From the NCBI RefSeq assembly GCF_009914755.1, contig NC_060926.1: a stretch of DNA of 64,000 nucleotides; one strand, 5' to 3'. Position numbers and translations under genes: made by a program. Of this stretch, positions 43,602-53,961 are shown piece by piece (positions within the stretch are counted from its first letter, which is position 1; each line of letters opens with the position of its first letter). The notes under the pieces were generated by a model, which worked only from the letters and a program-made list of their open reading frames with translations, ran no database searches and was not told where the DNA came from. This DNA comes from the human T2T-CHM13v2.0 reference genome, Homo sapiens.

Positions 43602-45587
43602 TAACACTTTAGTTGGCCACCCATTTACTTTGCCACACAGAAGCCCCTGGTCTATCAGCCATCGCCACACACCCCAGGCACCCTGGTGGCCACTTCAACC
43701 TTGCTGTCTGTAACAGTACGTCCACTTTAACTCTAAGTAAGTTCTGCCACTGAAAGTCTCTCACTTTAAAATCCTATCATTCCCACTGATGCCAGAAAGC
43801 GCAGTTTCAGAAAATATCTCCTTTAAAATACAGCCTATAGAGTTTGGGTTTTCTTTCCACCAGTGAATCCTTTATTACCACTTTGAAGAGAGTATCCTCT
43901 TATACTTCACATAAAGCATGATTGATCCATGAAACAGATTACATCTACACTCCCACCTACCTCTTTGAGTCTTCTGACCCCTACTATCTTGCTAAGACAG
44001 TTCTACAATTCCCATCTCATTTATTTAGGCCCATCATTTTTTCCCAAGATTTAGAGATCCACCCCGGAAATACAAAATACCTAGCTGCAGACAGCCTTGC
44101 CATGGTGTTAAACAAATTCTGCCCTCTTATTCTTTTCTATTGGTTTAACATTTTCATGACCTACTCTTGAAAATGTTTCCTCAAATACTAACCATGTCTT
44201 CCAAATCTTCTTGGATCAAGGACTGTATTTTCCTACTTGAGCTCGTCTTTTAGTTGATCTAAAGACAATGAGATGGGAGAGGACGGCAAAAAACAAGCTT
44301 CACCGTTGCACAACATCTGTCTCAGGTAAGGTCCTTATAGAGTCTCCAGGCAATAGCAATATCTTTTCTGCCCATTGCTGGTGGGAAGGTACTCTGTCAG
44401 TCAGAGAATTCAGGGAAATTTGGAGCTTTAAAATGGTCACACTTGCCTGACCAAATATACCCTCCCCAATTCTCTTTCTCTAAGAGCACTGACCTTAGCT
44501 ATAAGACAAGCCAGTGCTCTGCCAGAGTTTCTCCTTTGTAGCTCTGCTCTGTAAAAAATGAAATCCTGAGCCCAACATTCAGGATAGTCTGCCTGAAGCT
44601 ATCACAGATAAGGGTCTCTTCAAAAGCTTTCAATTTGGCCTTCTGACCTAAACTGTGCCTCGAGTTCATCGTTGGCCAACCTGAATCTATTATTTTCTTT
44701 TCTAAGGCTTCAACAAATTATTCAACAATACAATTTTTATAATTGCTATAGTCCTTATATATGCCCTCGTGTATAAGTACTATATAATCCCCCATATAGT
44801 CCAGAGCCACAGCTGTTTTATTTAGTAAACCAATGCTTCACCTTCTAACTTCAACTCATCTCAATTCACCATCGGTGATATTCTTATTAATTGTGATGTT
44901 ACTGCATGTTAAGAATTTTCATCTTCCCATTTACCACCACCAATAGGATCCTTATTACATCTGACTGGTAAGTGAACCTGTTTAAAAAATATTTCTTGAT
45001 GCTTTCCTTTGAGAGGCTATTTCTTATTTTCCAAAACAGACACCAGGATAAGGGCTTACATGCGGTTTATACTCAACAGTGATCTGGGGAATAGGTGTGG
45101 GAAACTGGGAATAATGAAAAAGCCATACAAATGGGTGTTATCAAATTGTTACTGCTATTAGAAAAGACTTGTCAGGGATCTTCATCAGGTTAAGAAAGAA
45201 TGAAGCACAAGATAAGCAAAGAGATAGAATAAGGCATTTTTTTTAATTGGTTGTTTGCTCTGCAAGGCACTAACACCTTCATATCTCCAGATTTCACATG
45301 CATGAGTGTTCCAGGTGGGTTACTGTAGACATCCTCATCCTCCCCATAGTCTGTCCCCAATTCATTGTCTTCAGACTGATTATCAGTGTCGACTAAAAGT
45401 GCAGTTTGTGTAAGGAAGAATTGCAAGATGACTAATATGAGAGGGAAAACATTTAAAAGTGGATCATAAAGATGTTGGACCAGCAGGGAAGAATAAAAGA
45501 GGATAATCTATTCAACATCATGACAAGGTCACCTGAAGCTAGTCCCATTGCATTGGCTTAGAGATGCCTCAAAGTGGAAAGTAAGAG

Positions 45588-46189
45588 TGCATCACAGGCC
45601 AAATTACGGCCATCAATGATGTATGTGCCCTAATCCCTGGTATCAGTTGATATGTTATCTCACATGGCAAAGAGGGACTTTGTAGATTTAATTAAGGTTA
45701 TGGACCTCAAAATAGGAAGATTATCCAGGTTTGGCCAATCTAATCACATGAGCCCTTAAACAGAAAGAGCTTTCTCCTGTGTGAGGCAAAAGGGCTGAAA
45801 CACAAGGGTAAGTCAGGGAAATTACAAGCATAAGGGAGGCATAAAAAATGGTTCTGAGAGGTAAGGCCCACGTGCTCAGACCAGCAAGAGGCCTCTAGGG
45901 GCTAGGTGTGGACCTCAGCTGACACCAAGCAAGAAAATTAGAACCTCAGTACTACAACTGCAAAGAACTGGATTCTGCCATCACCCGGAATGAGCTTGGA
46001 AGTAGATCTTTGTCAGAGCCTTCTCGTAAGAGTTCAGGCAACCAACAACTTCATTTCAGCTTTGTGAAACCTGGAGAAGAGAATCTAGTGAAGCTAACCT
46101 GGACTTACGCTCTGAGATAATATAAATGTGTTGTTTTGAGCTGCTAAACCTATGAGAATTTATTATGGCAGCAGGAAAACGCTAATACA
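45588..46189 (+). mobile_element. MaLR solo LTR (MLT1D/E-like)
   Basis: TG...CA ends; catggcaaagagggactttgtagat, aagaactggattctgcca, ctaataca; perfect 5-bp TSD aagag at 45583-45587 and 46190-46194. Confidence 0.88.
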
Positions 46190-46731
46190 AAGAGACTAAG
46201 TATGTCTGAGGCTAAGTGTTCCCAGGTGACACTCATGCCAAGTTAACTGCTACAGGAAGGCTTAAGAAGCGAGGTGGATGTGAGGACGCGCAGTGGGAAG
46301 CAACGGGTTTCTGATGCGCCTTTGAAGGACAACAACTGAAGGAGAAAGATAGCGCTGCTTATCTCTGCGGATGAATAACAAGGTAAGGAACCTGAACTGT
46401 GAGTAGAAGAAAAGAAAGCAATACTCCAGGATATTGTGCTAAGAGCATTAGTAATAGTTAAGGAGGAAAGCAGCAGTGTTTAAAAGCACATAACAAGAAG
46501 CCTACGGCTCATTCGTTTTTAATCCTCTCTAAGACACTTAGGTCCAAAAATATTGAGGAGTCATCATGATAGCAAGCTATTGAGAGTTTTTAGGTGAAAC
46601 GGAGTTAACTAGAAAACAAACCGAAGCCATTGAAGATGTATCAATATTTCCCCTGAAAAAACTGAGTGTCTGCATAGTAAAAAAGCAATCTTTGATTCCT
46701 CTATACTCTGCATCCAGATGCAAAGTCCTAC

Positions 46732-46971
46732 CCAGTTACCGAAACCCCCAATTACAATTGGTATTACCATAAATAAGATTATGACGAATGCGTGGGAAGT
46801 AGCAATAACATTGTAAATCTGATCATCTCCTAGCAGAGTTCCTGGTTGGCCCAAATCTGGTAGAATCAGAAGGCTTAAGGCGGTACCCACTATCTCTGCT
46901 GATGCGCCGAACAGCAGATACAGTGTTCTGATATCTTTGTGGTTGGTTGAAAATAATCGATTAATGAACAT
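46732..46971 (-). pseudogene. MT-CO1 (COX1) pseudogene fragment, first ~80 codons
   Basis: [22 protein letters not shown]...[23 protein letters not shown]...IGGFGNW matches the COX1 N-terminus. Confidence 0.96.
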
Positions 46972-46983
46972 ATAGTCGAAAAG

Positions 46984-47049
46984 GGTAAAATGACTGAGTA
47001 AACATTAGACTGTAAATCTAAATACAGAGGCCAAGGCCTCTTTTTACCA
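46984..47049 (+). pseudogene. mt-tRNA-Tyr lookalike (NUMT)
   Basis: ggtaaaa...gactgtaaatc (anticodon GTA)...ttttacca. Confidence 0.9.
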
Positions 47050-47115
47050 GCCCTGAGGTGATTTTTCATATCGAATTGCAAATTCAAAGGAGCAGCTTCA
47101 ATCCTGCCGGGGTTT
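47049..47115 (+). pseudogene. mt-tRNA-Cys lookalike (NUMT)
   Basis: agccctgaggtgattttt...aattgcaaatt (GCA)...cctgccggggttt. Confidence 0.88.
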
Positions 47116-47149
47116 CTCCGGCCTTTTCCCCCTCCAACGGAGGGAGAAG
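47114..47149. other. Mitochondrial light-strand origin (OL) remnant
   Basis: ttctccggcc...ggagggagaag stem-loop between tRNA-Cys and tRNA-Asn, with stem mismatches. Confidence 0.8.
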
Positions 47150-47222
47150 TAGATTGAAGCCAGTTGATTAGGATGTTTAGCTGTTAACTAAATTTTCGTA
47201 GGTTTGAATTCCACCAATCTGG
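47150..47222 (+). pseudogene. mt-tRNA-Asn lookalike (NUMT)
   Basis: tagattgaagccagttgattagg...tagctgttaacta (GTT)...caatctgg. Confidence 0.9.
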
Positions 47223-47223
47223 T

Positions 47224-47292
47224 GAGGGCTTAGCTTAATTAAAGTGGCTGATTTGTGTTCAATTGATGCAGAATAGAGTCTTGCAGTCCTTA
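47224..47292 (+). pseudogene. mt-tRNA-Ala lookalike (NUMT), anticodon mutated TGC to TGT
   Basis: gagggcttagcttaattaaagtggctgatttgtgttca...gcagtcctta. Confidence 0.88.
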
Positions 47293-47301
47293 GGTCTGTT
47301 A

Positions 47302-47369
47302 CAGAAATTAAGTATAATTTACTTGCTAAGGGCTTTGAAGGCCCTTGGTCTTATTTAACCTAAATTTCT
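47302..47369 (-). pseudogene. mt-tRNA-Trp lookalike (NUMT)
   Basis: Minus strand AGAAATTTAGGTTAAA...GCCTTCAAAGCCC...TTAATTTCTG. Confidence 0.9.
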
Positions 47370-47690
47370 AAATTATAGTTAATATTATTGGAGAGATAGG
47401 TAAGAGGAGGGTGGAAGAAATAATTAATGAGGGGAGAAATGGTATATGTTTTGTATTTTCGAATTGTCATTTTATTTTCATATTATTAGATATGGAGATT
47501 ACTGTTACTGAGATGGAATAAATTAGGCGTATATAGAAATACAAGTTCAGTTATGATGGCTGTGATGGTGGGGGTAATGAGGCTATTGTTTTTTGTAAAC
47601 TCTTGAATGATAATTCATTTAGGTAGAAATCCTGTTAATGGGGGTAAACCTCCTAGAGATAATAGAATTAATGGAATTATAGGTATTAAC

Positions 47691-48055
47691 CAGTTAGCTT
47701 TTTATTTTAATAAGTAGAAGAAGTACACTGTAAAATAATATTCCAAAGCATCATAAATACGTATACCAGTAATATGGTCATTTATTATCATTATCAAGTA
47801 TTATGTACTGTACATCATTGTATTTGCTATACTTTGATAGGACTGGCAGCACAGTAGGTGTGTTTCCACCAGTATCACCACACCCACGCGTTGTGCTACA
47901 TTTCCATGGCTATGTCAGGATAACTACAAAGTCACTAGGCAATGGGGATTTTTCGGCTCCATTATAATCTTATGAGCTCCATTATAATCTATGAGACCAC
48001 TGTCATATATGTGGTCCCTCATTGACCAAAACATTGTTATGGAGCACATGACTAT
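47691..48055 (-). mobile_element. Tigger3 (GOLEM)-type DNA transposon fragment with one TIR
   Basis: cactaggcaat..gatttttc.gctccattataatcttatg...accactgtcatatatgtggtcc..cattgaccaaaacattgttatg..gcacatgacta followed by TA; other end truncated. Confidence 0.85.
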
Positions 48056-48171
48056 ACTAGTGAGGCTGATCATCTTTCTTATCATTTGATTTCATTTTTC
48101 ATAGTTGGCTGCTCATGTATTTTGCCTAATTTTCTACTGGGTGGTTTGTTTCGAAATATTCTGAGTACTAA

Positions 48172-49393
48172 TTTTTTTTATTATTCTTTAAGTTCTAGGG
48201 TACATGTGCACAACGTGCAGGTTTGTTACATATGTATACATGTGCCATGTTGGTGTGCTGCACCCATTAACTCGCCATTTACCTTAGGTATATCTCCTAA
48301 TGCTATCCCTCCTCCCTCCCTCCACCCCATGATAGGCCCCGGTGTGTGATGTTCCCCACCCTGTGTCCAAGTGTTCTCATTGTTCAGTTCCCACCTATGA
48401 GTGAGAACTTGTGGTGTTTGGTTTTCTGTCCTTGCCATAGTTTGCTCATTTCTGTCCTTGCAATAGTTTGCTCAGAGTGACGGTTTCCAGCTTCATCCAT
48501 GTCCCAACAAAGGACATTAACTCATCCTTTTTTATGGCTGCATAGTATTCCATGGTGTATATGTGCCACATTTTCTTAATCCAGTCTATCATTGATGGAC
48601 ATTTGGGTTGGTTCCAAGTCTTTGCTATTGTGGATAGTGCTGCAATAAACATATGTGTGCATGTGTCTTTATAGCAGCATGATTTATAATCCTTTGGGTA
48701 TATGCCCAGTAATGGGATGGATGGGTCAAATGGTATTTCTAGTTCTAGATCCTTAAGGAATTGCCACACTGTCTTCCACAATGGTTGAACTAGTTTACAG
48801 TCCCACCAACAGTGTAAAAATGTTCCTATTTATCCACATCCTCTCCAGCACCTGTTGTTTCCTGACTTTAATTATCGCCATTCTAACTGGTGTGACATGG
48901 TATCTCATTGTGGTTTTGATTTGCATTTCTCTGATGGCCAGTGATGATGAGCATTTTTTCATGTGTCTGTTGGCTTCATAAATGTCTTCTTTTGAGAAGT
49001 GTCCATATCCTTTGCCCACTTTTTGACGGAGTTGTTTGATTTTTTTTATTATAAATTTGTTTAAGTTCTTTGTAGATTCTGGATATTAGCCCTTTGTCAA
49101 GTGGGTAGATTGTAAAAATTTTCTCCCATTCTGTAGGTTGCCTGTTCACTCTGATGGTAGTTTCTTTTGCTTTGCAGAAGCTCTTTAGTTTAATTAGATC
49201 TCATTTGTCAATTTTGGCTTCTGTTGCCATTGCTTTTGGTGTTTTAGTCATGAAGTACTTGCCCATGCCTATGTCCTGAATGGTATTGCCTAGGTTTTCT
49301 TCTGGGGTTTTTATGGTTTTAGGTGTAACATTTAAGTCTTTAATCCATATTGAATTAATTTTTGTATAAGATGTAAGGAAGGGATCCAGTTTA
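48172..49393 (-). mobile_element. 5'-truncated primate L1 (L1PA4/5-like) 3' end
   Basis: Reverse L1PA 3'UTR (ttctagggtacatgtgcacaacgtgcagg); ORF2 C-terminal peptides in track ORFs 48446-48781, 48795-49019 and 49201-49401; no flanking TSD. Confidence 0.95.
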
Positions 49394-50100
49394 CATGTCA
49401 ATTTGTTTCAGGTGTGAGATAGTGATAGGGTCATAGTGCTTATATTCAGGATGAGTGCTAGAAATGTAGTAGTTGTTAAAATGAGATAAATAGGTTCAAA
49501 ATGGTAATGTTTGGGTCACAAGTTAATACTGCTATTATCCAACCTATGTGAGTAGTTGAGGAGTAGGCTAGGATTTTATGCAGTTGTGTTTGATTGAGTT
49601 CCTGCTTAACCACCCACTATAATGGACAGGATTGTGGTAAATAGGGGGATATTTGTATTTATTAACAGGAAAACTTGAAACATAATCGAGATAGGGGCTA
49701 GTTTTTGTCACGTGAGAAGAAATATATCAGATATTAGGAAAGTTCCTTGGGTTACTTCTGGGACCCAGAAGTGGAAGGGGGCTATTCCTAATTTTATTTC
49801 TAGGACCGTTATTATTAAAAAGGATGAAAATTAATTAATAGTATTATTGTTCATTGCCCAGAGAACAGGCTATTGGAAATGATGCCTATTATAAGGATTA
49901 CAGTTGTGGTTGCTTGTATAAGGAAATATTTAGTGGCTGCTTCTGTAGAGTGGGGATTTTTTTAAAATTAAGATTGGGGTGAAATCTAATATGTTTATTT
50001 CTAGGCCTGTTCAGATGAGAAATCAGTGTGAGCCTAGCATTGTGATAAGAGTTCCTGTGAAAATAGTAAGATAAATAATAAGTTGAGCTAATAGGTTAAT

Positions 50101-50166
50101 TAGTACGGGAAGGATATAACCAACATTTTTGGGGTATGGGCCCGATAGCTTATAGCTGACCTTACT
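50101..50166 (-). pseudogene. mt-tRNA-Met lookalike (NUMT)
   Basis: Minus strand AGTAAGGTCAGCTA...ATCGGGCCCATACCCC...CCTTCCCGTACTA. Confidence 0.92.
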
Positions 50167-50167
50167 T

Positions 50168-50239
50168 TAGAACGTGGTGTGGTAGGTCACATGGAGAATT
50201 TTGGATTCTCAGGGATAGGCTCAATTCCTATAGTTCTAG
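50168..50239 (+). pseudogene. mt-tRNA-Gln lookalike (NUMT)
   Basis: tagaac...gagaattttggattctc (TTG)...gttctag. Confidence 0.88.
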
Positions 50240-50294
50240 AAATAAAAGGAATTTATTATTTATCAAAGTAATTCTTTTATCAGACATAATTTCT
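50237..50294 (-). pseudogene. mt-tRNA-Ile lookalike (NUMT) with internal deletion
   Basis: Minus strand AGAAATTATGTCTGATAAAAGAATTACTTTGATA...; only about 58 nt, part of the T-arm missing. Confidence 0.85.
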
Positions 50295-51224
50295 TATGTT
50301 TAAAGTGGGATGCTGTAAATTAGAATAGGCATTGAGATATATGCAGAATGCTAGTGTTAGTGATATGAAATTTTTTCATAGGAGATGTATGAGTTGGTCG
50401 TAGCAGAATCAGGGATATGCTGTTTGAATTCATAAAAATAGAGAAGTTAAAAAGGAGGGTTTTGCTAATGAGACTTGTGGATTAGAGTTCTGGTGAATAT
50501 ATAGTGTGTAGTGCTCTTGGGGAAAATTGTAGTTAGGGTATTTATTATGATAATATTCATGTACTCTGCTATAAAGAAGGCAAATGAACCTGCAGCATAT
50601 TTGAAGTTGAAATCTGAGACTAATTCTGACTCCCCTTCTGTTAAATCAAAAGGGGCTCGGTTAGTTTCTGCTAGTGTAGAGGTAAATCATATTATGGCTA
50701 GGGGCCATGATGATAGGAGCAGTCAGAGAAATTCTTGTGTTGTGATGAGTTTGTACAAGTTAAGTGAGCCACTTATTAGTAGAACTGATAACAGAATAAT
50801 GGCTAGGGTGACCTCATATGAAATTGTCTGGGCTACAGCTCGTAGCTCGTAATGTGCCTATTAGTGCATAATTTGAATTGGATGCTCATTCTGACCATAA
50901 AATAGAATAGACAGCTAAGCTTGATGTGGCTAATATAAATAGGCCTAAATTAGGGGATCTGGTATAGGCAGGGGGGTTCACAAAAGGAGAGGGCCAGGGT
51001 TGGAGCAATAATATAGAGGGTAATATTAGATGTTGAGGGCCATAATGGTTCTTTGGTAAAAAGTTTTATTGCATCAGCGAATGGTGGAGCAGTCCATAGG
51101 GGCCCATGATGTTATGTCCTTTGCGTAGTTGTATATAGCCTAAGATTTTTCATTCAAAGAGTGTAAGGAATGCTATAGCGATTAGAGTGGGGACAATAAG
51201 TAGGAGAAGGTTAATTATAGGTAT
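50295..51224 (-). pseudogene. MT-ND1 pseudogene
   Basis: Starts ATACCTATAATTAACCTT; encodes LGY.QLRKG near 51115-51145 and [20 protein letters not shown] near 50615-50675; frameshifting indels. Confidence 0.95.
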
Positions 51225-51295
51225 GTTAAGAGGAGTTGAACCTCAGATTATAAAGTTTTAAGTTTTATGCAATTGCCGGGCTCTGCCATCTTAGC
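51224..51295 (-). pseudogene. mt-tRNA-Leu(UUR) lookalike containing the mTERF tridecamer
   Basis: Minus strand ..AAGATGGCAGAGCCCGGCAATTGCATAAAACTTAAAACTTTA..; TGGCAGAGCCCGG at 51276-51288. Confidence 0.9.
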
Positions 51296-52846
51296 AAACC
51301 TTGTTCTTGGGTAGGGCCTGTAATGATTTATTAGATTGAGATAAAATCATCTATGTGGTGAAGGCACTTTATGAAATGGGCCCTATTTCTCTTGTCCTTT
51401 CGCACTAGGAGAAATGTTCAGTAGATAGAAACCGACCTGGATCACTCCAGTCTGAACTCAGATCATGTAGGACTTTAATCAAATGAACGCTTAATAGCGG
51501 CTACACCATTAGGATGTCCTGATCCAACATCAAAGTTGTAAATCCTGTTGTCGATATGGATTCTAGAATAGGATTGTGCTGTTATCCCTAAGGTAACTTA
51601 TTCCATTGATTAAGTTATTGCAACAATATATGTTAGTTCGCAAAGGCTGGTGTGGTGTTAGTTTATGTTGTTCAAAGGTTGAATTATGCTCCAAGGCCAC
51701 TCCAACCAAAATTTTTAATTCAGGGATAGTAGATTATCTCCTCTAGGCTTATTTTGAGTTTTTGTTTGCGTTAATAAATTTAAGCTCCATAGGGTCTTCT
51801 CGTCTTATTTGTGTATATCTGCCTCTTCACGGATAGGTGAATTTCACTGATGAAAAGTAAGAGAGAGATGAACCCTCATGTGGCCATTCATACAAGTCCC
51901 TAATGAAAGAACAAGTGATTATGCTATCTTTACACGGTCAGGATACTGTGGCCATTGAACATATGTCACTGGGCAGGCAGTGCCTCTAATACTGGTAATG
52001 CTATAGATGATATTTTTGGTAAACAGGCGATGGAAGATTTGCTGAGTTCCTTTTACTCTTTGTAATCTTTCCTTGGACCATACCTGCATTGGATTAAGAG
52101 GATAAATAATAAGGTATTTATTAAATCATTTATTAATATTAGTCTAACTGTTAGTGGATTATTCCAGTCTGATATAAGCTTATGCAGAGGAGAATCACTT
52201 CATGTTACTTATATTAACATTATTGCTTCTGTTGAGTAATAGATTAGTCCAATGTGATATAAGGAGTTCAGTATTGTGAGTAGGATTTAGGGTGGTCAGA
52301 TGTTGAGCTTGAACACTTTCGTAATTGGTGGCTGCTTTTGGGCCAACTATAGTGGTAATATTTTTTACTCGCTGTAGGAAGGTTGTTTCCTAGAGTCTAA
52401 AGAGCAGCCCCTCTTTAGACTAACAGTTAAACTTACAGGGAGATTAAGTAATTCTCTGAGTAAGTTTAAAGTTGAACTAAGATTCTATCTTTGATAATCA
52501 GCTATCACCAGGCTTGGTAGGCTTACCACCGCTGCTCACGAATATTCCCCCCGTTTTGCCACATAGGTGGGTGTGCTCTTTCAGCTGTTCTTGGGTAGCT
52601 CGTCTGGTTTCGGGGGACTTGGCTTTGGTTCTCTAAGTAAAGGTATTTCTAGTTAATACATTATGCAGAAGGTATAAGGGTTTATCTTTGCTTTTTTGTG
52701 CTTGATTTAGTTCTTTCCTCTTTCCCTTATGGTACTAAGTCTATTGCGCCAGGGTAAAATTTCTATCGCCTATACTTTTGTTTGGGTAAATATTTAGTTA
52801 AGATAATTTGTTAGTAGTTTTAGAGAGATTTGGGGTTAGAGTTGGC
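51296..52846 (-). pseudogene. mt 16S rRNA (MT-RNR2) pseudogene, full length
   Basis: Conserved motifs AAGACGAGAAGACCCTATGGAGCT, GATGTTGGATCAGGACATCC, GATCTGAGTTCAGAC, CCAGGTCGGTTTCTATCTA on minus. Confidence 0.95.
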
Positions 52847-52915
52847 TCAAAGTGATCGAGTTGTGATGAAATCTTCGGGGTGTAAGCTGGATGCTTTGAG
52901 TTAAGCTACGCTTTG
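52847..52915 (-). pseudogene. mt-tRNA-Val lookalike (NUMT)
   Basis: Minus strand CAAAGCGTAGCTTAAC...AGCTTACACC...; lies between 12S and 16S. Confidence 0.88.
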
Positions 52916-53890
52916 ATTTATCCAAGCGCACTTTCCAGTACACTTACCATGCATGTTGCGACTTATCTCCTCTATATATGGATAGAGAGCGTTAGTAATA
53001 TTAGTTTCTAGAATAATATTTGAGGAGGGTGACAGGGTTGTGTCTGTGTGCTTCATGGCCTTATTCAACCAAGCACTCTGCTCTTTGTTTACTGCTAAAT
53101 CCTCCTTAAGCCTTTAGATTGCATAAGGGTTGTTGTGAGATTTTTCGGGTATAGAAAATGTAGCCCATTTCTTGCCACCTCGTAGGCTACACCTTGACCT
53201 AAAATTTTTATGAATATACTTGTGCTTACTCTGCAACCTTTCTAGGGTTTGCTGACGATGGTGGTATATGGGCTGTGGGGCAAGAGGTGGTGAGGTGTAT
53301 CGGGGTTTACGGATTATAGAACAGGCCCCTCTAGAGGGATATAAAGCACCGCCAAGTCCTTTTAATTTTAAGTTCTTGCTTGTAGTATTCCGGCAAATAA
53401 TTTTGTTAATTTAACTATTATAGTTTAGGGCTAAGCATGATGGGATATCTAATCTCAGTTTGGGTCTTAGCTGTTGTGTCTTCAGAATATTAAAGCCACT
53501 TTCGTAATATTTTATTTCAGCTGGAGTTTTTTACAACTTAGATGGAGTTTAGCTTTATTGAAAATAGATCTTAAACACTCTTTACGCCGAAATCTATTAG
53601 CTTGGGTTAATCGTATGATCACGGTGGCTGGCACGAAATTGACCAACCCTAAATATTAGTATAGCTTAGTTAAATGTTTGTTTATTGCTAAAGATTTATC
53701 ACTGCTGTTTCCTGTGGGGGTGTGGTTGAACAAAGTGTTCTGAGTTGCATTTGTGCATGCTAGATATTTGCATTTGTGTGTGCTTGATACTTTTGATTCA
53801 GGTGATCTAGAGGGCATTTTCACTGGGATGAGGATGCTTGCATGTGTAATCTTACTTAGAGTTAATAGAAAAGCCAAGACGAAACTGATT
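52916..53890 (-). pseudogene. mt 12S rRNA (MT-RNR1) pseudogene, full length
   Basis: Motifs TTTCGTGCCAGCCACC, AAAAGGACTTGGCGGTGCTT, GGTAAGTGTACTGGAAAGTGCGCTTGG on minus. Confidence 0.95.
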
Positions 53891-53961
53891 TGTTTATGGG
53901 GTTGTGCAGACCCATCTAGACATTTTCAGTGTCTTGCTTTGAATAATTAAGCTACATTAAC
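53891..53961 (-). pseudogene. mt-tRNA-Phe lookalike (NUMT)
   Basis: Minus strand GTTAATGTAGCTTAA...ACACTGAAAATGTCTAGATGGG...CCCCATAAACA. Confidence 0.9.

Larger units (their letters stand above)
47370..50100 (-). pseudogene. MT-ND2 pseudogene in two pieces (49394-50100 and 47370-47690)
   Basis: Starts ATTAAC after tRNA-Met; encodes [14 protein letters not shown] (mt code) near 49750-49790 and LGGLPPLTGF near 47625-47655; indels present. Confidence 0.95.

Noticed and set aside
47691-48171. Canonical L1 3' transduction by target-primed reverse transcription
   Set aside because: The A-rich run near 47700 is native Tigger3 sequence followed by more Tigger bases; there is no terminal poly(A) and no TSD. 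Kept instead as a non-canonical insertion.
50511-50852. 113-aa plus-strand ORF
   Set aside because: Antisense to the ND1 pseudogene, non-ATG start; an expected by-product of mt codon bias.
51501-51530. SHLP6-like ORF (and SHLP2-like region near 52350-52430)
   Set aside because: The SHLP6 frame stops after 9 codons (MLDQDILMV*); the SHLP2 region has no ATG.
51780-51887. Humanin-like (MTRNR2L-type) ORF in NUMT 16S
   Set aside because: Reads ATG GCC ACA TGA: the Arg4 CGA has decayed to a stop, and the humanin Cys8 position is Ser.
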